Origin: a virus
Lineage: Duplodnaviria; Heunggongvirae; Uroviricota; Caudoviricetes
DNA length: 23,357 nt
Strand: one strand, 5' to 3'
Virus record (IMG/VR): IMGVR_UViG_2545824717_000010
This document shows, piece by piece, positions 8,651-17,529 of the stretch. Numbering within the stretch: position 1 is the first letter of the stretch; each line of letters starts with the position of its first letter. The position numbers were made by a program, and so were the translations under genes. The notes below the pieces were generated by a model. The model saw nothing but the letters and a program-made list of their open reading frames with translations, was not told where the DNA came from and ran no database searches.

Positions 8651-8668
8651 TTTGCATAACTATGCAAA
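8651..8668. promoter_or_regulatory. Perfect 8-bp inverted repeat TTTGCATA-AC-TATGCAAA (operator-like) between promoter and MTase start
   Basis: Read directly; reverse complement of TTTGCATA is TATGCAAA; 2-bp centre. Confidence 0.4.
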
Positions 8669-8755
8669 TATCTATGGACGGCGACGATGTTTTTTATCGG
8701 GAAAACTCAAGTGCCATGTTAAGATTATGTTTATTTTTTACTGAGAAAATCGTGG

Positions 8756-9601
8756 ATGACAAAGCCTTCTCATTTTAGAACCCCTCTTCGTTATCCGGGA
8801 GGTAAGGCAAAATTCTTGCCACATATTGAACAAATACTCCGCAACAATGATCTCATTGGTGGATGTTATGCTGAACCTTATGCAGGTGGAGCCGGTGTAG
8901 CATTAGGTTTGCTCCTTAACGGTCTTGTTGAAAATATCTTCATAAATGATATTGATCCTGCCCTTTATTCTTTTTGGTTTGCAGTGGTTAATCATAACGA
9001 TCTGTTATGTGAAATGATTGATGAAGTTCCTGTGACTATTGAAAATTGGCATACTCAAAAGGAGATACTCCTAAACAATGATAAATATAGTATGCTTGAA
9101 GTCGCATTATCTACTTTCTTTTTAAATAGAACAAACCGTTCAGGAATACTTAAGGCTGGCGTTATTGGAGGGAAAGAACAAAAAGGACCATGGAAGTTAG
9201 ATGCAAGATTCAACAAAAAAGAGTTAATTAAAAGGATTGAACTAATTGGTGCATATAAGGAGAAAATTTACGTATCGAATTTTGATGCTGTAGATTTTCT
9301 GCTACACCAAAAAGCATTGCTACCCAAAAATAGTCTAATATATCTTGATCCACCTTATTATGTTAAAGGAGCAGAGTTATATAGAAATTTTTATAAACAT
9401 GATGATCATGTAAAAATCGCTAATACACTACGGGAAATTCAACTACCTTGGGTTGTGTCTTATGACAATGTGCCTGAAATAAAAAGCATATATCATGAAT
9501 TCAATATGACTGATTATACGCTTAATTATACTGCACAAGATAAGAAAAAAGGTCTAGAAATTATCATTTATAATCATGGTATAAAAATCCCTGACATTTA
9601 A
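8756..9601 (+). CDS. N6-adenine DNA methyltransferase, D12/Dam family (alpha class)
   Basis: 281 aa; N-terminal RYPGGK motif; SAM-binding motif I EPYAGGAGV (about 8870..8896); catalytic motif IV DPPY (9347..9358); markedly AT-rich versus flanks. Target sequence cannot be inferred. Confidence 0.85.
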   Translation: MTKPSHFRTPLRYPGGKAKFLPHIEQILRNNDLIGGCYAEPYAGGAGVALGLLLNGLVENIFINDIDPALYSFWFAVVNHNDLLCEMIDEVPVTIENWHTQKEILLNNDKYSMLEVALSTFFLNRTNRSGILKAGVIGGKEQKGPWKLDARFNKKELIKRIELIGAYKEKIYVSNFDAVDFLLHQKALLPKNSLIYLDPPYYVKGAELYRNFYKHDDHVKIANTLREIQLPWVVSYDNVPEIKSIYHEFNMTDYTLNYTAQDKKKGLEIIIYNHGIKIPDI

Positions 9602-9618
9602 ATTTAAGGATGATATAG

Positions 9619-11316
9619 ATGATTAAAGAAATTAGTTTTAAAAAATTTAAGAAACTGATAGATATTGACTTCTCATTCAATGAAGACATCAATATAATAT
9701 CAGGAACCAATGGGACATGTAAGACAACATTGCTTCATTTAATTAGCAATGGTTTCCAAATGCCACCATCTCGATCACAAAATTATTCAAATAGTAATTG
9801 TGTTAGAGTTATAAAATCTATAAACAAAATAGCCAACCCCAAAATGGAAGCAATTGTTAGGGAATCAAAAAATTACACCGATCCGGCAGAGGGAACAAAA
9901 GGTGTGTTATTTTCTATTAACTATTTGGATCATAGCACACTAGACTTCAGAAAGCACAACTCAAAAAATCCAGACGAAGCGCAACGGTATGCTATCAAAC
10001 CAGTATACCCACGCGGAAAAGAAAAACAATCACTTCCAGCTAAACCAGTTTTATATCTTGGATTATCGCGACTATTCCCAATTGGTGAAACTAAAGACGA
10101 CGCCCTTACAAAAATTCCGTTAAACCTACCAGAAGAGTATGTTGGTTATATATCGAAAATATATAATGAACTTTTGGGAATTAATATTATAAATATAGAA
10201 TCAAACAATATCGGTGATTTTAAAGCTGGCCCATTATTTGATACCGATAACCCAGCAATTGATTCTAATACCATATCATCCGGGGAAGACAATATATTCA
10301 TTATAATCAAGGCATTAGTTAGCCTTAGGTATTATTTTGAATCACTTATTCAATCCACTGATCAAAAAGAAAGCATTCTGTTAATAGATGAATTTGATGC
10401 CACTTTACATCCTTCTTTACAGATAAGATTATTAGATAAAATTTATCAATACGCAAAAGATTATAAGATTCAAGTATTTTTCACAACGCACAGTCTGACA
10501 TTGCTAGAGTATGCTTTTCATAAAAAATACCATGTTGTCTATCTAATTAACAATATTACAAAGGCTCTGCTTTTGGATAATCCTGATATATTAAAAATAA
10601 CAATGTATCTGAAAACACAAACAAAGGATGAGATATACACAAGGAACAAGATACCAGTTTTCACGGAAGATGAAGAAGCTCGCTTTTTATTTAATGAAAT
10701 ACTTGGTTATTGGATAAGCAAATATCCAAATTTTGCTATAGTTAGTAATTCATTTCACTTAATTGATTGTTTCATTGGTGCAGACAATTTAAAAACTATT
10801 TTTAATGATTCTCATCTTAAGGAAACCTCGTTAAAATCAATTTGTATTCTTGATGGAGATCACAGCCCTGAGGATCAGAGAGGAATTATATCACTGCCGG
10901 GTGAAAAAGCTCCAGAACAATTGATATTTGAGCATTGTGAGCACCTTTATAATACCGACGACTCTTCCTTCTGGGAAAATCAGGATATAATTAACAATGG
11001 TTTTTCGAAAGAGTTATACTTACTCAAGATACGTCCTCAATTACAATCAATTGAAACTGAAATTCAGAAAAGAAAAGACAACCATGAGTCTACATCCGGT
11101 TTAAGAAGAAGATTAAATAAGAAAATATTCAATCAGCATATTGAATTCTTTAGAATGATTACAAGAAACTGGTTAGACAAACCAGAAAATCAGAAATCTC
11201 TCCAGTATTTTTACAATGGATTACGATCCTTATTCTACCGGGTTACACCAACAAACGGCATTGACAGAAAAATTTGGGATTTTGACTATAACAAAATCAT
11301 TAAAGAGGATAAATAA
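9619..11316 (+). CDS. ABC-type ATPase fused to a TOPRIM-like nuclease domain (OLD/PARIS-like architecture)
   Basis: 565 aa; Walker A GTNGTCKTT (about 9703..9729); Walker B LLIDEFD (about 10381..10400); TTHS motif; C-terminal region with conserved Glu (VFTEDEEA, about 10654..10680) and DxD (ILDGDH, about 10846..10860) consistent with TOPRIM; starts 17 bp after the MTase stop; very AT-rich. Confidence 0.75.
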   Translation: MIKEISFKKFKKLIDIDFSFNEDINIISGTNGTCKTTLLHLISNGFQMPPSRSQNYSNSNCVRVIKSINKIANPKMEAIVRESKNYTDPAEGTKGVLFSINYLDHSTLDFRKHNSKNPDEAQRYAIKPVYPRGKEKQSLPAKPVLYLGLSRLFPIGETKDDALTKIPLNLPEEYVGYISKIYNELLGINIINIESNNIGDFKAGPLFDTDNPAIDSNTISSGEDNIFIIIKALVSLRYYFESLIQSTDQKESILLIDEFDATLHPSLQIRLLDKIYQYAKDYKIQVFFTTHSLTLLEYAFHKKYHVVYLINNITKALLLDNPDILKITMYLKTQTKDEIYTRNKIPVFTEDEEARFLFNEILGYWISKYPNFAIVSNSFHLIDCFIGADNLKTIFNDSHLKETSLKSICILDGDHSPEDQRGIISLPGEKAPEQLIFEHCEHLYNTDDSSFWENQDIINNGFSKELYLLKIRPQLQSIETEIQKRKDNHESTSGLRRRLNKKIFNQHIEFFRMITRNWLDKPENQKSLQYFYNGLRSLFYRVTPTNGIDRKIWDFDYNKIIKEDK

Positions 11317-11553
11317 TGTATTCTAATAGGATATAAACATCAAAGCTATATTTTTTACACATATCAAGAGTAAAAAATAATTTAACTTTTACATAACGAC
11401 CTCTTTTACAAATAAGTAGAAAAGGTCGTTATAACTCTCATCTCCATAGCATGTAATTTTCTTTGCATATTTTCACATAACAGTCAGGGATGTATTTATA
11501 AGCAACGTCGTATACATAGGCTCAATTTTTCTATAAATAAGCACTCCGTTCGG

Positions 11554-11583
11554 TTTGCACAATAGTGCACAAATTTGCACAAT
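11554..11583. repeat. Three tandem 10-bp direct repeats (TTTGCACAAT / AGTGCACAAA / TTTGCACAAT)
   Basis: Read directly; units 1 and 3 identical; one-helical-turn periodicity; located at the AT-rich to GC-rich transition on the right side of the cargo island. Confidence 0.6.
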
Positions 11584-11952
11584 TTTTTTGAACGACTTTT
11601 GCCCTTCCGGCCCGCATGGCGGCTGGATCCGTCAAGGATCCGTGCGTGCACAAAAAAACGCGCTTTTTCTGCGCGCAGGTGACGGGGGAACAGCCCGCGT
11701 TTCAGGGGGTAAATAGCATTCCCTGAACGATGTCGCAGAGACACAACAGAATGGCCATATTTCTCACGCTGAGCATGAAAAAGGCGTGAGGGCTTTTGAT
11801 TTGATGGGGTGAAAGGTAAGGCCGTCAAAATCGCACTGAGGCAGCGAGAACATACAGTCAACGCGGTGGAATTGCGTAAGAGTCTGACCGTCGATGGTGG
11901 CGATAAACTGGAAGGCGTCGTGAAATTATCTGATTGATACAGGAGCTGGAGA

Positions 11953-11981
11953 GCCGGGGCATAAATTTTTTATGCCCCGGC
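11953..11981. repeat. Perfect 13-bp inverted repeat GCCGGGGCATAAA-TTT-TTTATGCCCCGGC
   Basis: Read directly; no U-tract on either side, so not a canonical intrinsic terminator; about 100 bp upstream of the 12081 gene. Confidence 0.6.
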
Positions 11982-12080
11982 GAAGCAGCAGACAAGCGAA
12001 GCGCGTCAGCGATACGGCACCTTGCCGACCATACTTCATAAGTGCAAAATACGAGCAAAGAAATCAATGGAGGCTGTCTT

Positions 12081-12605
12081 ATGGTCATTAATTACAAGCA
12101 GTTAAGAGAAAAACGGGAGCAGGTAAAGGAGAGCTTTCGCCGCAATGAAGATCTGACCCCGCTTGTACGCCTTGCCCAGGGCATTGTTGATGCTTATGAA
12201 ATCTCGCTGGAGCTGCCATCACAGACCTGGACAGATAGCGACGGTAATCGCCAGCATTACGTTTCATGCGGACTGGAAGCAGCCGAAGGATTTCGCAGAA
12301 TGCCTTTATCCCAGATCCCTGCCGCTACCCCCAAAGCACGGGGCAGCAATGATGAGCGAAAACTGACTTTTAGTATTGAAACGGTGGTTGACGACACACC
12401 TGGCGAAGTCGCGTTCGTACACACTCCTGTTTCGATCGCAATGTATAACGATGAAATACAGGTTCGCGTTAATAATAATATCGTGCCACTTAAAGAAGGT
12501 AATTCACCCTACACCACCGTTTGTGAAGCCATTCAATATTACGTTCTCTCTGAAATTGATAATCTCAAGCCTGACGGCACCCAGAAAATGGTTCAACTCT
12601 GGTAA
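12081..12605 (+). CDS. Hypothetical protein (unassigned cargo gene between packaging region and portal gene)
   Basis: 174 aa from ATG at 12081 with RBS GGAGG 7 nt upstream (the track ORF starts at 12042 in the same frame); followed by an intrinsic terminator; no family recognised. Confidence 0.55.
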   Translation: MVINYKQLREKREQVKESFRRNEDLTPLVRLAQGIVDAYEISLELPSQTWTDSDGNRQHYVSCGLEAAEGFRRMPLSQIPAATPKARGSNDERKLTFSIETVVDDTPGEVAFVHTPVSIAMYNDEIQVRVNNNIVPLKEGNSPYTTVCEAIQYYVLSEIDNLKPDGTQKMVQLW

Positions 12606-12611
12606 AAAGGA

Positions 12612-12636
12612 CAGCCCCATCACGGGGCTGTTTTTT
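12612..12636. terminator. Bidirectional intrinsic terminator between convergent genes
   Basis: 7-bp GC stem CAGCCCC/GGGGCTG with 5-nt loop followed by TTTTTT on plus strand and by TTTTT on the minus strand (complement of AAAAA at 12604..12608); overlaps the Q stop codon. Confidence 0.7.
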
Positions 12637-13666
12637 CATCAAGAAGAGCATAAGAGTTAAAACGGATCACCTCTTCGCCAAGCCAGTCATTGATGTGCTT
12701 CATAGCCTCCATGACGGGCATCAGCTCGTTAATTGCGTAAACCCGCGCTGCCTTCTCCACATCGCCAAACGCACTTTTTTCGCCCGGCATCGCCCCCATC
12801 AGTTGCGGCGGAACGCGGTGCGCAGCCAGCACATCATCACGGGATGCCGCCTTAACATTCATGAATTCATCTTTTGCGGTGATCTGCTGGAACGGCAAAA
12901 TTTGCACCCCCTCTTTGCCCCCGTTGGGCGCATGAATGAGCACGTTTTTAAACGCACCACCACCACGTGCCCCCTGTAGCGTTTCTTTCAGGGAGTCCAT
13001 GCTTTCGCGGTTTACCTGCGCTGCACCGATGTAGATGATGCACCCGGCGTGGGATCCGTTGTCGTAGTACAGTTTTCTGAACATGTCCGCCGAATGAGAA
13101 AGGCTGGCCGAGAGTAATGCGCCAAGATATTCCGGCATGCCGTAGATTTCCTGGTTAATATCCGGATTCATCAGGTGGCACACTTTGCCAGGACGAAACT
13201 GAAACGCGTCCTTGCCATCCTGCACATACCACCATGATTCAAGATCGCTTCCGCGTCGCATGTATTTCGCCAGGGCGTGCCGTAATTTAAGCGGTTCGCC
13301 GAGCATATTGCTTCGAAGCTCAAGGAATGCGTTACCGAACACAAACCAGTCCAGCGCCAGCGCCGAGAAATCCTGCCGGGAAAGCAGCGGGTGCGGGATG
13401 TAGCAACCGAGTAATACATTGCGCTTAAAGTAAAGCGCAGACTGATGCCAGGACGTTTGCCGGGCAGCTCTTGCCAGACCGTACCAGTCCACCGGGGTTT
13501 CATACCACCGCCCGTTATCAGCACAGTACATATTGTCCAGCAGGTCATGCCCGGTCAGGCGATAAGGACCATCAAATGTGAATGCACTGAGCGATGATTC
13601 TTTCCTGAGCGCATCAGCGAGATCAATGCGTGAACTCATGCGCACTTTTTTATTTTTTCTGCTCAT
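12620..13666 (-). CDS. Q: Portal protein, P2 gpQ homolog
   Basis: 348 aa, similar length to P2 Q; position adjacent to the terminase gene; recalled sequence similarity. Confidence 0.85.
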   Translation of the reverse strand: MSRKNKKVRMSSRIDLADALRKESSLSAFTFDGPYRLTGHDLLDNMYCADNGRWYETPVDWYGLARAARQTSWHQSALYFKRNVLLGCYIPHPLLSRQDFSALALDWFVFGNAFLELRSNMLGEPLKLRHALAKYMRRGSDLESWWYVQDGKDAFQFRPGKVCHLMNPDINQEIYGMPEYLGALLSASLSHSADMFRKLYYDNGSHAGCIIYIGAAQVNRESMDSLKETLQGARGGGAFKNVLIHAPNGGKEGVQILPFQQITAKDEFMNVKAASRDDVLAAHRVPPQLMGAMPGEKSAFGDVEKAARVYAINELMPVMEAMKHINDWLGEEVIRFNSYALLDEKTAP

Positions 13667-15417
13667 CAGAACTCCATAACTGTGAAACGCTCGTTTTCTC
13701 CTTCGCCGCCAATTGGTTCGTTAATGACAGCAAGCATGGTTGCCCACGCAAGGTCGCCGTGGCTGATCCCCCTCGCGCGGTCCGTTTCGTAAGTGATAAA
13801 GCCGCCCGGTGTTTTCACCTTACGCACGGCGTTAAAGGCTGCGACCAGCTCGCGTTCGGCGCGATCGTATTCCCACCGCCCGGCACGCATTATTTGCAGC
13901 ATTTTCAGTACCAGCGACCGTTTTGATGACAGCGTGAAGGTGTACGGAATAGCAGCAGGGAAAAACCGTTTCACTATCTGATAAACAGCCTCCCCGTTCC
14001 CGCCCGTCACATCAATGCCGATGTGTTCCACGTTGTAGCGACACGTGAACTCTTCAATGACTCTGGCCTGTTCTTCAAACTCCAGCCCCTGAACGCGTCG
14101 CGTCTCCACCGTTCGAAAACGGCCACCAGGAACAGACGGAGGAACCACCACGGACACAGCGCCGCTGTCGCCGTTGCCACTGCTGCCGTTTGCGTCATAC
14201 CCAATCCATACCGGACGATTCCCCATCGGGCGGGGAGCAAAAGGTTTCCAGTCTTTCCAGTCGTCGTATCCGTCAACGCCGCAGCCAATCAGGATATTCA
14301 GGTTAAATGCCGATTCCCCTTCGCGGACAAACTCACACATGTAGAGATTGAGGAACTCGTCTTCGGTGTTTTCATCGCGGATTTCGTCAATATCGGTGTG
14401 TTTCCAGCCGTGATTAACCACATCTTCCAGCGTGACAATCTGCCGCCATGTCCGGTCAGGGCAGATAAGTCCGTTATGCAGCGTTTTCCAGTCCACAGAA
14501 AAACGCTGGCGTTTATGCGAGGCCTTTTTCTCGTTCCAGCGGTCGCCGTTCCAGTAGGCGTATGCCTCGTGCGTTTCGGTGGATGGCGTGGAGAAGTAGG
14601 TGCGCCGCAGTCCGCTGAGGGTTGCCATAGCGCCAGCCACCTTGCGCAGTTCAGCAAAGCGACTGACCCAGAAAAATTCATCAAAATAAAAATTGCCCGT
14701 ATAGGACTGTGCCGACGCAGCAGAAGTGCCGAGAAAATGCAGCTCTGCGCCGTTGGAGAGGATGATTTTATCGCCCCCTTTCAGCTCCACATCAACTTCA
14801 GCCGCGGCCTTCTGAATAATGCTTTTAAACTGGAACGCCTGACGACGCGACGCAGACAAAAAAATCTGGTTACGCTGGTAAGGTTGCGCCACATCGTCAC
14901 GCAGCGCCATCAGCAGCGCTTCCTGTGCAAAATACCAGGTCGCCCCAATCTGTCGGGATTTCAGGATCATCCTGTTACGTATCCCGGCTTCCCTGCAAAG
15001 GGTCAGGGAGTCAAACCAGCCCCGCTGATGCCACTCCAGCCTGCTGATGATTTTTTCCCGCAGTGCGGCAATCTGTTCCGGCGTGAAATGATTTTTGAGT
15101 TTTTTCGCCCGGCCTTTCTTTCCTGCGGCCATCACATCCGGCTGGCCATCATGCAGCTTTTTAAGCTGCCGGGTCAGCAGGTCTATTTCCTTAAAGTCAC
15201 CGCCTGTTTTATTCTGTTTTTCAGTAAGCTGGATGAGGCGCGCATCAATGGACTGCGTGACACGCTGCACGGGTGGCGTTTCATCCCACTGGTCGCGTTT
15301 TTTCCACGCATAAATCGTGTTCGGGTTTATTCCCATCAGACGTGATATTTCTGCGGGCGGATAACCCTGCCAGTAAAGTTGCCGCGCACGCTGGCGCACA
15401 AAAGCGTCCTGAATCAT
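13666..15417 (-). CDS. P: Terminase large (ATPase) subunit, P2 gpP homolog
   Basis: 583 aa; N-terminal MIQDAFVRQRARQLYWQGYPPAEISRLMGI matches P2 P as recalled; divergent from the O operon. Confidence 0.9.
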   Translation of the reverse strand: MIQDAFVRQRARQLYWQGYPPAEISRLMGINPNTIYAWKKRDQWDETPPVQRVTQSIDARLIQLTEKQNKTGGDFKEIDLLTRQLKKLHDGQPDVMAAGKKGRAKKLKNHFTPEQIAALREKIISRLEWHQRGWFDSLTLCREAGIRNRMILKSRQIGATWYFAQEALLMALRDDVAQPYQRNQIFLSASRRQAFQFKSIIQKAAAEVDVELKGGDKIILSNGAELHFLGTSAASAQSYTGNFYFDEFFWVSRFAELRKVAGAMATLSGLRRTYFSTPSTETHEAYAYWNGDRWNEKKASHKRQRFSVDWKTLHNGLICPDRTWRQIVTLEDVVNHGWKHTDIDEIRDENTEDEFLNLYMCEFVREGESAFNLNILIGCGVDGYDDWKDWKPFAPRPMGNRPVWIGYDANGSSGNGDSGAVSVVVPPSVPGGRFRTVETRRVQGLEFEEQARVIEEFTCRYNVEHIGIDVTGGNGEAVYQIVKRFFPAAIPYTFTLSSKRSLVLKMLQIMRAGRWEYDRAERELVAAFNAVRKVKTPGGFITYETDRARGISHGDLAWATMLAVINEPIGGEGENERFTVMEF

Positions 15418-15571
15418 TGCTCCCCCTGAGTAATTACAGGAAGATTACCCGCGCGCGAAACCGTTCTCCTTAACCCCCTGTTCTGGCCGTTTTCTTACAA
15501 CAAAAGCCCTTTGTATCAGCCTGTTACGCTTTGCCATCATGACTGAAGAACCAGTCAGAGGGGCAAAAACT
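15418..15571. promoter_or_regulatory. Divergent late promoter region (expected Ogr-dependent promoters for the P-Q and O-N-M-L operons)
   Basis: Intergenic region between divergent P and O; contains an imperfect dyad TGTT-N16-AACA; exact activator site not confirmed. Confidence 0.35.
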
Positions 15572-16408
15572 ATGGCTAATGAAAAAAAGACATCCCGCAA
15601 AAAGTTTCGCGTGGCTGTCTCCGGATCAACTGTTGATGGCCGCGAAATCAGTCCGGTACATCTGCGTGAAGCCGCCGAGAACTTCAACCCGGATGTTTAC
15701 GCTGCCCGCGTGAACGTTGAGCACTATCTCTCGCCATGCCCGTCAAGCGAATTTTCCGCAATGGGCGATGTCACCGCGCTGAGTACGGAAGATATTACGG
15801 AAGGCCCGCTGGCCGGACGTACTGCGCTGTATGCAGAAATCGAACCGACCGAGCGCATGAAGCAGCTTGTCGCTGACGGCAAGAAAATCTATTCCAGTAT
15901 CGAACTGCACCCGCAGTTCTCCGTTAACGGGCGCGCCTATCTGGTCGGGCTGGCGATGACCGACACCCCGGCAAGCCTGGGCACTGAGCGCCTGAAATTC
16001 ACGGCACAGCAACGTCAGGCGGTGATGACGTTCAACAGTGTCCAGGGTGAAGCACCGCTTATCTCCGAAGCCATCGAGTCTGAAATCATCGAAATGGCAG
16101 AACAACGCCAGGAAGAAGGCACCCAGTGGTTTAACCGCGTAATGGGGATTATTGGCCGTGGCCGCAAAGCGGATGACGCCAGTTTCTCCCGCATTCAGGA
16201 AGCGGTGGAAGGCGTCGCAACGTCACAGGCCGACATTATCGACCGTTTTAATGCACTGGAAACCCGCCATCAGCAGGACAGCCAGAAAATCACTTCACTG
16301 ACCACAGAGCTGGCAGCACTGAAGGAAAAACTGCGCACGCAGGACGGCGATCCGCAGAACCGGTTCACCGCAACGGGCGCAGCCTCCGACCAGCTGGCTG
16401 ACTTCTGA
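15572..16408 (+). CDS. O: Capsid scaffolding protein, P2 gpO homolog
   Basis: Start at ATG 15572 (MANEKK..., RBS GAGGGG upstream) by analogy with P2 O N-terminus; 278 aa. Confidence 0.85.
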   Translation: MANEKKTSRKKFRVAVSGSTVDGREISPVHLREAAENFNPDVYAARVNVEHYLSPCPSSEFSAMGDVTALSTEDITEGPLAGRTALYAEIEPTERMKQLVADGKKIYSSIELHPQFSVNGRAYLVGLAMTDTPASLGTERLKFTAQQRQAVMTFNSVQGEAPLISEAIESEIIEMAEQRQEEGTQWFNRVMGIIGRGRKADDASFSRIQEAVEGVATSQADIIDRFNALETRHQQDSQKITSLTTELAALKEKLRTQDGDPQNRFTATGAASDQLADF

Positions 16409-16431
16409 TAAGACAAAGGAGCAAATTTTTT

Positions 16432-17484
16432 ATGAATCTGGTGATGTCAGATATTACCCGCAACAAGCTGGGTTGCTATATGGCGCAGCAGGCGTCGCTT
16501 AACAATATCCCGGTTTCCGCACTGGTATCGCGATTTACCGTGGAACCCTCGGTACAGCAGCGTTTTGAAAACGCCTCAAAGGAAAGCACCGAATTTACAA
16601 AAAGAATTAACGTGATCGGCGTGACCGACCAGAAAGGCGAAAAAATCCTCCTGGACACCACCGGGCCAATTGCACGCACGAATACCAGTTATGACGGAAC
16701 AAAACGCCGTAACCCGAATAACGTGGTTGATCTGAAAAACCGCAAATACCAGTGCGAACAGGTGAACTACGACACGTTTATTTCGTATCCGCAGCTTGAT
16801 GCCTGGTCGGCACACCCTGATTTTCAGTCCCGCATCAGCGCACAGATTGCCCGACAGGTGGCGCTTGACCGCATCATGATCGGTTTCAACGGCACGTCTC
16901 ACGCGGATGAGTCCAACTTCAGCACCAACAAGCTGCTTCAGGACGTTAACGTGGGATGGCTGGAGCACATCAGAACCGACGCCAGCGAACGCGTTATGAA
17001 TGACGTGACGCTGACCTCCCGCAACATGGACAACACCGTGGCGCACGCGGGTAAGTATGCGAACGCTGATGCACTGGTACAGGACGCGCGTTCATCCCTG
17101 CTGGATGAATGGCACAAGGAAGCTGACGACCTCGTGGTGATTATGGGGCGCAATCTGTTTAACTCGCTGCGTCTGCCCGTGCTGAACAGCATCAGCGGCC
17201 AGAATCCCAATGCGGAATTACTTGCCGGGCAGCTCATCCTGTCATCGCGCACCATTGGCGGGCTGGGCGTGTTCCTTGCGCCATTCTTCCCGGATGCAAC
17301 GATGCTGATCACCTCGTTCAACAACCTGTCGATTTACTGGCAGAAAGGTTCAATGCGTCGTCTGATGAAAGACGAACCGGAATACAACCGCATCGCCACC
17401 TACCAGTCCATCAATGACGCTTATGTCGTTGAAGACTATGGCAAGTGCGCGATGGTCACTGGCCTGAAGTTCGCCGACAGCTAA
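16432..17484 (+). CDS. N: Major capsid protein, P2 gpN homolog
   Basis: 350 aa; RBS AAGGAG; sequence resembles P2 N (RFTVEPSV, IMIGFNGT, LSIY motifs as recalled). Confidence 0.9.
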   Translation: MNLVMSDITRNKLGCYMAQQASLNNIPVSALVSRFTVEPSVQQRFENASKESTEFTKRINVIGVTDQKGEKILLDTTGPIARTNTSYDGTKRRNPNNVVDLKNRKYQCEQVNYDTFISYPQLDAWSAHPDFQSRISAQIARQVALDRIMIGFNGTSHADESNFSTNKLLQDVNVGWLEHIRTDASERVMNDVTLTSRNMDNTVAHAGKYANADALVQDARSSLLDEWHKEADDLVVIMGRNLFNSLRLPVLNSISGQNPNAELLAGQLILSSRTIGGLGVFLAPFFPDATMLITSFNNLSIYWQKGSMRRLMKDEPEYNRIATYQSINDAYVVEDYGKCAMVTGLKFADS

Positions 17485-17529
17485 TCAACTCACGGCGGGC
17501 ATCATGCCCGCCTGTAACGGAGAGAAAAA

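Noticed and set aside
11395-11430. Imperfect hairpin AACGACCTCTTTT...AAAAGGTCGTT downstream of the ATPase gene
   Set aside because: Stem has a bulge and is not followed by a U-tract on either strand, so I cannot call it an intrinsic terminator.
11554-11583. Possible CRISPR-like repeat
   Set aside because: Only three contiguous 10-bp units with no spacers; not a CRISPR array.
11681-11699. Exact P2-type 19-nt cohesive end
   Set aside because: The best G-rich candidate matches the recalled P2 cos sequence at only about two thirds of positions; location is plausible but the site itself is not established.
11496-12088. Two minus-strand ORFs (121 aa and 76 aa) in the GC-rich region
   Set aside because: No RBS, Arg-rich low-complexity translations, and the region is densely packed with repeats and palindromes consistent with a non-coding packaging/regulatory region.
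14023-15345. 440-aa ORF on the plus strand
   Set aside because: Lies entirely antisense to the terminase large subunit gene (13666..15417), which has clear P2 gpP similarity; GC-rich antisense frames commonly stay open; no RBS.
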